Assembly (NCBI GenBank): GCA_037132335.1 | Contig: JBAXPJ010000003.1 | Coordinates: forward strand, 38,297-102,296 | Length of the DNA: 64,000 nt | Origin: Sediminibacterium sp. | GTDB lineage: Bacteria > Bacteroidota > Bacteroidia > Chitinophagales > Chitinophagaceae | Reading direction: 5' to 3' | Shown: in pieces, positions 59,585 to 64,000 of the stretch | Layout of the letters: the number at the start of each line of letters is the position of its first letter | How positions within the stretch are numbered: position 1 is the first letter of the stretch | Position numbers and translations under genes: made by a program | Notes under the pieces: model-generated | What the model saw: only the letters and a program-made list of their open reading frames with translations | Databases searched by the model: none | What the model was told of the DNA's origin: nothing

Positions 59585-62500
59585 TTACTTCTGTATAGAC
59601 TGATAAACGGCTTCCTGGATGGTTGGTCGAACGTTCATGGTACTAATTTTGTTATTATTTCTAGTAGGCGTAACTCTATTGGAAAGAAAAATATAAATCA
59701 ATTTATCTTTTGGATCAACCCAAACACAGGTGCCAGTAAAACCAGTATGGCCAAATGTTTCTGCCGACACACTCGCACTAGGATAGGGTTCTTTTCTTGT
59801 TGCATTGTCTTTTTCTGGCTTGTCGAATCCTAGTCCTCTTCTGCTAATATCACTATTGTAAGCCGTGAATTGGTCAACGGTTGATTTTTTTAACAATCGT
59901 ATACCATTTAAGGTTCCGCCGTTTAAAAGCATTTGATACAATTTTGCTAGGTCATAGGCATTGCTAAATAATCCTGCATGACCTGCTACACCACCAAACA
60001 TAGCAGCACCTTCGTCGTGTACGTCTCCACGAAGTAATTGTTGTCTAAAATGTTTTTCATCTTCTGTTGGAACAATATTTCCCAATGCCATTCTTTCTCT
60101 TGGTTTAAATCCAGTTGTGGTCATTTGAAGTGGTTCGTAAAAATTAACGCGCGCATAATCATTCAAAGGCAATCCACTAACAGCTTCTACTATTTTTCCA
60201 AGAAAAATAAAATCATTATCACTATACACATAATGTCCTGCTGGGGTTAGCTTGCTTTTAAGAATGCGTTGATACAAACTGTCTTGCCAATCGTTGCGTA
60301 CATAAATATCTTCGGCAACTCTAAATTGATGGGTAGCATCTTTTTGTTTGCTAAAGTATTCGGGTTTTGGTAATCCAGTTGCAGTATCAATTACTTCTCT
60401 GTAAAAAGGAATAAAAGGATTTAATCCAGCTTGGTGTAATAAAATATCTTTTAATTTTAAACCTGCTTTATCAGAACCTTTAACCCAAGGCAAATAATCG
60501 CCCAAAGTTTTTTGTAAATCTATTTTTCCTTCCTCCAATAATTTCATAATAGAAACGGTTGTAGCGGATACTTTTGTAACCGATGCAAGGTCATAAACCA
60601 TATCAATACTAATGGGTTCTTTTCTGTCGAAATTGGTATAACCAAATGCTTTGTTGTAGGCTATTTTTCCATCTTTTGCAACTAATACAACACAACCAGG
60701 TATGGCTCCTTTGGCAATTGCATTAATGGCAATGGCTTCAATTTTATTTAAACCTTCTGTGCTTAATCCAATCGTTTCTGGAACTGCTTTAGGAAAGAAA
60801 TTATTGTAAACAATGCCATCTCCAAATTGAAAATTATCACATACTGTTACAGGTAGTTTTCCTTTGGCACTTATTTTACCTTGCAATAAATCTGCAGCTG
60901 CTAATTGGGTGGTATTATCGTCTTCATAACAGGCTACTAAATTTGTAGCAGCACACAAATATTTTATAGCATAAGGGTTACCAAATACAAAATTGATGAC
61001 GGGTAATTGTTGCATTTTTTCCAACAAATCAATGGTTGATTCAGAAAGGCCATAATTACCTGCAGGTCTTCTGCTAAAATTGTGAAGCCCTAGTACGATT
61101 GCATCATAGCCAGCCAATGCTTTAATAATACTATCTTTTTTTGCTTGCGTATCTTTATTGTTCCAAAAAATAACAGTTGCTTGAAAATCTTGTACAAGCC
61201 TATCTGCAAATGCATTTTTTTTATCAATACCAATTCCTACATAAGCTATTTTTTTTGCTTGTAGGGGTAGCAAGTTTTTATTAGATTGTTTGAGTAGTGT
61301 TAGTGCGTTTTTTGAAAGTGTTTCATTTATTTCATTAGTTTTTGCATTTAAATCTGCTACCAAATTATTAGTATCAATTGGCGTAATGGTATGAAGCCCT
61401 AAATGGTATTTAACCAGTAATACTTTTTTTACACGTTCATTAATTATATCCCAACTTAATTTTCCTTCTTTTATAGCTTGCTTAATAGCGGCAATACTTC
61501 CAGGGATATCACCAGGCAAACACAATAAATCATTGCCTGCAATTAAAGACTGTGCAGAAGCAGCTCCTTTTGGAAAAAATTTCGCAACACCTTGCATTTC
61601 TAGTGCATCAGTAAAAGAAATACCAGTATAACCAAGTTCGCCTTTAAGTAGTCCATTGATGGCTTTACTAGACAATGATGTTGGCATATTTGGCGTGCTA
61701 TCAATGGCTGGGATAGCTAAATGCGCTACCATTATACTACCTACTCCTGCTTTAATCATTTCACGAAAAGGATAGAGTTCTAATTCGTCTAATTGCGCCC
61801 GAGTTTTATTGATTACAGGAAGGTCTTTATGTGAATCTACTGTGACATCTCCATGACCTGGAAAATGCTTTGCAGAGGCCATTACCCTTGCTGCTTCCAT
61901 TCCTTTCATGTATTGAATTCCGTATAGTGCTACTTTATATTTATCCTCTCCAAAACTTCGATCATTAATTACCGGATTCATTGGGTTATTATTGATATCT
62001 ACATCGGGTGCAAAATTCACTTGTATACCCAATCTCTTACACTGTTCACCTACTGCTTTTCCAAATGCATAAATAATTGTTGCATCTGGTACTGCACCCA
62101 TCATTAATTGTCTTGGAAAATTTATTACACTGTCTAAACGCATCCCCAAACCCCACTCTCCATCAATAGAAATCATGAGGGGTGTTTTTGCAATTGACTG
62201 ATAATAATTAGTTAGATTGGCTTGACGCACAGGACCTCCTTGAAAAAAACAGAGTCCGCCTATATTGTATTTTTGTATCAGGTCTGTTACTTCTGCAATA
62301 TGCTCTGGGCCTAAATTACTATGTGCCCGAATAATCATTAATTGGGCAATCCGTTGGTCTTTAGATAACTTACGAAACTTCTTTTTTACCCAACGTTCTG
62401 CCGCAGGTGTTTTATCGTAGAAGCTTTGTGCATAGCTTGTTGTTTGTGCCAAAACACTTATAATCAAAAAACATATAATCAACCGCATTTTCATATACAA
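59585..62500 (-). CDS. GH3 beta-N-acetylglucosaminidase fused to a beta-lactamase-like serine hydrolase
   Basis: DGEWG, KHFPGHGDVTVDSH, TDALEM; C-terminal ASVTK, YSD, GHTGFTG. Confidence 0.9.
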   Translation of the reverse strand: MYMKMRLIICFLIISVLAQTTSYAQSFYDKTPAAERWVKKKFRKLSKDQRIAQLMIIRAHSNLGPEHIAEVTDLIQKYNIGGLCFFQGGPVRQANLTNYYQSIAKTPLMISIDGEWGLGMRLDSVINFPRQLMMGAVPDATIIYAFGKAVGEQCKRLGIQVNFAPDVDINNNPMNPVINDRSFGEDKYKVALYGIQYMKGMEAARVMASAKHFPGHGDVTVDSHKDLPVINKTRAQLDELELYPFREMIKAGVGSIMVAHLAIPAIDSTPNMPTSLSSKAINGLLKGELGYTGISFTDALEMQGVAKFFPKGAASAQSLIAGNDLLCLPGDIPGSIAAIKQAIKEGKLSWDIINERVKKVLLVKYHLGLHTITPIDTNNLVADLNAKTNEINETLSKNALTLLKQSNKNLLPLQAKKIAYVGIGIDKKNAFADRLVQDFQATVIFWNNKDTQAKKDSIIKALAGYDAIVLGLHNFSRRPAGNYGLSESTIDLLEKMQQLPVINFVFGNPYAIKYLCAATNLVACYEDDNTTQLAAADLLQGKISAKGKLPVTVCDNFQFGDGIVYNNFFPKAVPETIGLSTEGLNKIEAIAINAIAKGAIPGCVVLVAKDGKIAYNKAFGYTNFDRKEPISIDMVYDLASVTKVSATTVSIMKLLEEGKIDLQKTLGDYLPWVKGSDKAGLKLKDILLHQAGLNPFIPFYREVIDTATGLPKPEYFSKQKDATHQFRVAEDIYVRNDWQDSLYQRILKSKLTPAGHYVYSDNDFIFLGKIVEAVSGLPLNDYARVNFYEPLQMTTTGFKPRERMALGNIVPTEDEKHFRQQLLRGDVHDEGAAMFGGVAGHAGLFSNAYDLAKLYQMLLNGGTLNGIRLLKKSTVDQFTAYNSDISRRGLGFDKPEKDNATRKEPYPSASVSAETFGHTGFTGTCVWVDPKDKLIYIFLSNRVTPTRNNNKISTMNVRPTIQEAVYQSIQK

Positions 62501-62540
62501 ACTTTTTAAGTTGAAACCTCAAGGTAATAATATTCAAAAT

Positions 62541-62577
62541 AAAAACAGCCGGAACACTTGCAATGTTCCGGCTGTTT
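62541..62577 (-). terminator. Intrinsic terminator after the DUF5606 gene
   Basis: AAACAGCCGGAACA / TGTTCCGGCTGTTT stem with T run on the minus strand. Confidence 0.82.
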
Positions 62578-62595
62578 AATAAATGTATTTATGTG

Positions 62596-63021
62596 TTATG
62601 CTTCTGTTTCGTTTTCTTCAGCAGCATCTTCTGCTACTTCGGTTAAAATAGGAACAATATCATTGGCTTGTAAAATGGCAAACCATTTAATCATTTTCTT
62701 CATATCGCTAGCGTAAACTCTGTCAAAATCAATATCTGCATACACTTTCAAAAAATAAGCTTTTACAGCTGCAGCGTCTTTGTCTGAAGGAAGCGCTTCG
62801 GAACTTTGTTTCATTGCTTGAAACACTTCTACTAAGTTTACATTGTCACGAACGGTATATACCTCAATGCTTTCTAGGTGCGAGAAATTATGAACACGAC
62901 TGCTCACAAATTTTGTGATTTTATCGTCTAGTGATTTTACAATTGCACCGTCTGTTTTGCTGCCAACTAGTTCAAACAAACCAGTCATTCCAGTTATTGA
63001 TATCAGTTTACTATACTCCAT
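62596..63021 (-). CDS. DUF5606-family conserved Bacteroidota protein
   Basis: ISITGMTGLF, LESIEVYT, DFDRVYASDMKKMIKW; acidic tail. Confidence 0.78.
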   Translation of the reverse strand: MEYSKLISITGMTGLFELVGSKTDGAIVKSLDDKITKFVSSRVHNFSHLESIEVYTVRDNVNLVEVFQAMKQSSEALPSDKDAAAVKAYFLKVYADIDFDRVYASDMKKMIKWFAILQANDIVPILTEVAEDAAEENETEA

Positions 63022-63109
63022 TAGTCTTTATTTAAGAGTTGCAAAGTAAAGGCAAATTGCCCTATCTACCACTATGCAATGTTTATTTATGCCTTTTATC
63101 CTGCTATTT

Positions 63110-63760
63110 TTATCCTTCAATTTCTTTTAAAACCAAGTCTAATCGGGCTTTCAGGTCTTCGTAAGGGGTATAACCTCTGGCCAATAAATGAAACTTTGTT
63201 TCTGCCACTTGAATCAATACACATGGGTATCCAGTAACCTGTAATTGCTTACATAGTTGAAATTCATAGTGCGCTTGGTCTTTATAGGTGTCGCTGCCTA
63301 GTTTTTCGTAAAAAGCAGTTTCATTCAAGCCATATTGCTCAATTAAATGTCTATATGCTTCTTTATCAGTTAGGTCTCTGCCTTCAAAATGTAGCGCGTA
63401 TTGTAGGTCTGCCGCAAATTCAACTTGTTTTTCAGGATAGATTTCTTTAAAAATGCATAGCGCAATCGCCGACATTTCTGAATTTGGATACCAATCACTC
63501 AAATCAGGGTTTTCTACATGCCATAAATAGTCGGCGCCAAATTTTACACCCGTGTATTCTTCTACAGTAGGATAGGCTTTTTGAATAAATCCTGCAGTAA
63601 CGCCAATATGTACTGGATTTTCAGGTACAATCATCCCACCAGATAACACTTCAATATTTAGTTTCGTATTGTAGGTTGCTGCAATTTGTTTGATTACAGG
63701 GCTAAAACCATAGCACCAGCCACAATAGGCATCATAGCAATAAAAAAGGGTTGGCTTCAT
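63110..63760 (-). CDS. DsbA-like thioredoxin-fold protein
   Basis: YDAYCGWCYGF and cis-Pro motif VTGYP. Confidence 0.85.
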   Translation of the reverse strand: MKPTLFYCYDAYCGWCYGFSPVIKQIAATYNTKLNIEVLSGGMIVPENPVHIGVTAGFIQKAYPTVEEYTGVKFGADYLWHVENPDLSDWYPNSEMSAIALCIFKEIYPEKQVEFAADLQYALHFEGRDLTDKEAYRHLIEQYGLNETAFYEKLGSDTYKDQAHYEFQLCKQLQVTGYPCVLIQVAETKFHLLARGYTPYEDLKARLDLVLKEIEG

Positions 63761-63939
63761 TTGGTGAAGGTAGTTATTTGCAAGATTTTATTCGATTTTT
63801 TGATGGATAGTATTTGATTGATTTAACTTTTCAAAAATCATCAAATCGTATTTACAATTAATATTTTTCTAACTTTACGCTCTTGAAATTAAATAGACCA
63901 AATAGGCCTATTCTATCATTCACAATACAAACGCTACTT

Positions 63940-64000
63940 ATGCCAGGTTTTGAATTTTTTGGTGCCGAAGAAAGAAAAGAAGTTAACGACGTACTTGAAA
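63940..64000 (+). CDS. DegT/DnrJ/EryC1/StrS aminotransferase, KdnA-like (3'-truncated)
   Basis: N-terminus MPGFEFFGAEERKEVNDVLE resembles that of KdnA (Kdo 8-aminotransferase) as I recall it; only 20 codons visible. Confidence 0.55.
   Translation, partial: MPGFEFFGAEERKEVNDVLE

Noticed and set aside
1-64000. Many 60-150 aa ORFs antisense to or nested in long genes; search for tRNA, rRNA, CRISPR, IS and prophage
   Set aside because: The nested ORFs lack motifs and are explained by codon bias of the real genes; no RNA-gene, repeat-spacer, transposase or phage signature was seen by eye.

Overview
AT-rich chromosomal window from a Bacteroidota bacterium, probably Chitinophagaceae-like. The assignment rests on repeated TAnnTTTG promoter elements, a T9SS porZ gene, a GLPGLI protein and a Bacteroidota-type arg operon. 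It has about 50 densely packed genes. I saw no rRNA, tRNA, CRISPR array or mobile element. Housekeeping content: arsR-arsM, an 8-gene arginine operon, a SWIM-SNF2 helicase, kbl, ispG, nadB, tsaB, icmF, porZ, a class D beta-lactamase-like gene and several glycoside hydrolases. Three loci stand out as candidate uncharacterised regulatory systems. (1) A Cys-motif membrane uORF ending in IFHPP, upstream of a TonB receptor/PepSY-TM/YHS operon, a possible metal-sensing ribosome-arrest leader (16958-22043). (2) An unannotated Arg-codon leader peptide (...LPRPRRGF*) with a hairpin ahead of an arg operon that has no adjacent argR (13545-13789). (3) A lipoprotein + multi-TM protein + sensorless histidine kinase + NarL-type regulator cassette facing a structured putative sRNA (52794-55900). 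All calls were made by eye from sequence motifs; no database searches or folding programs were run.
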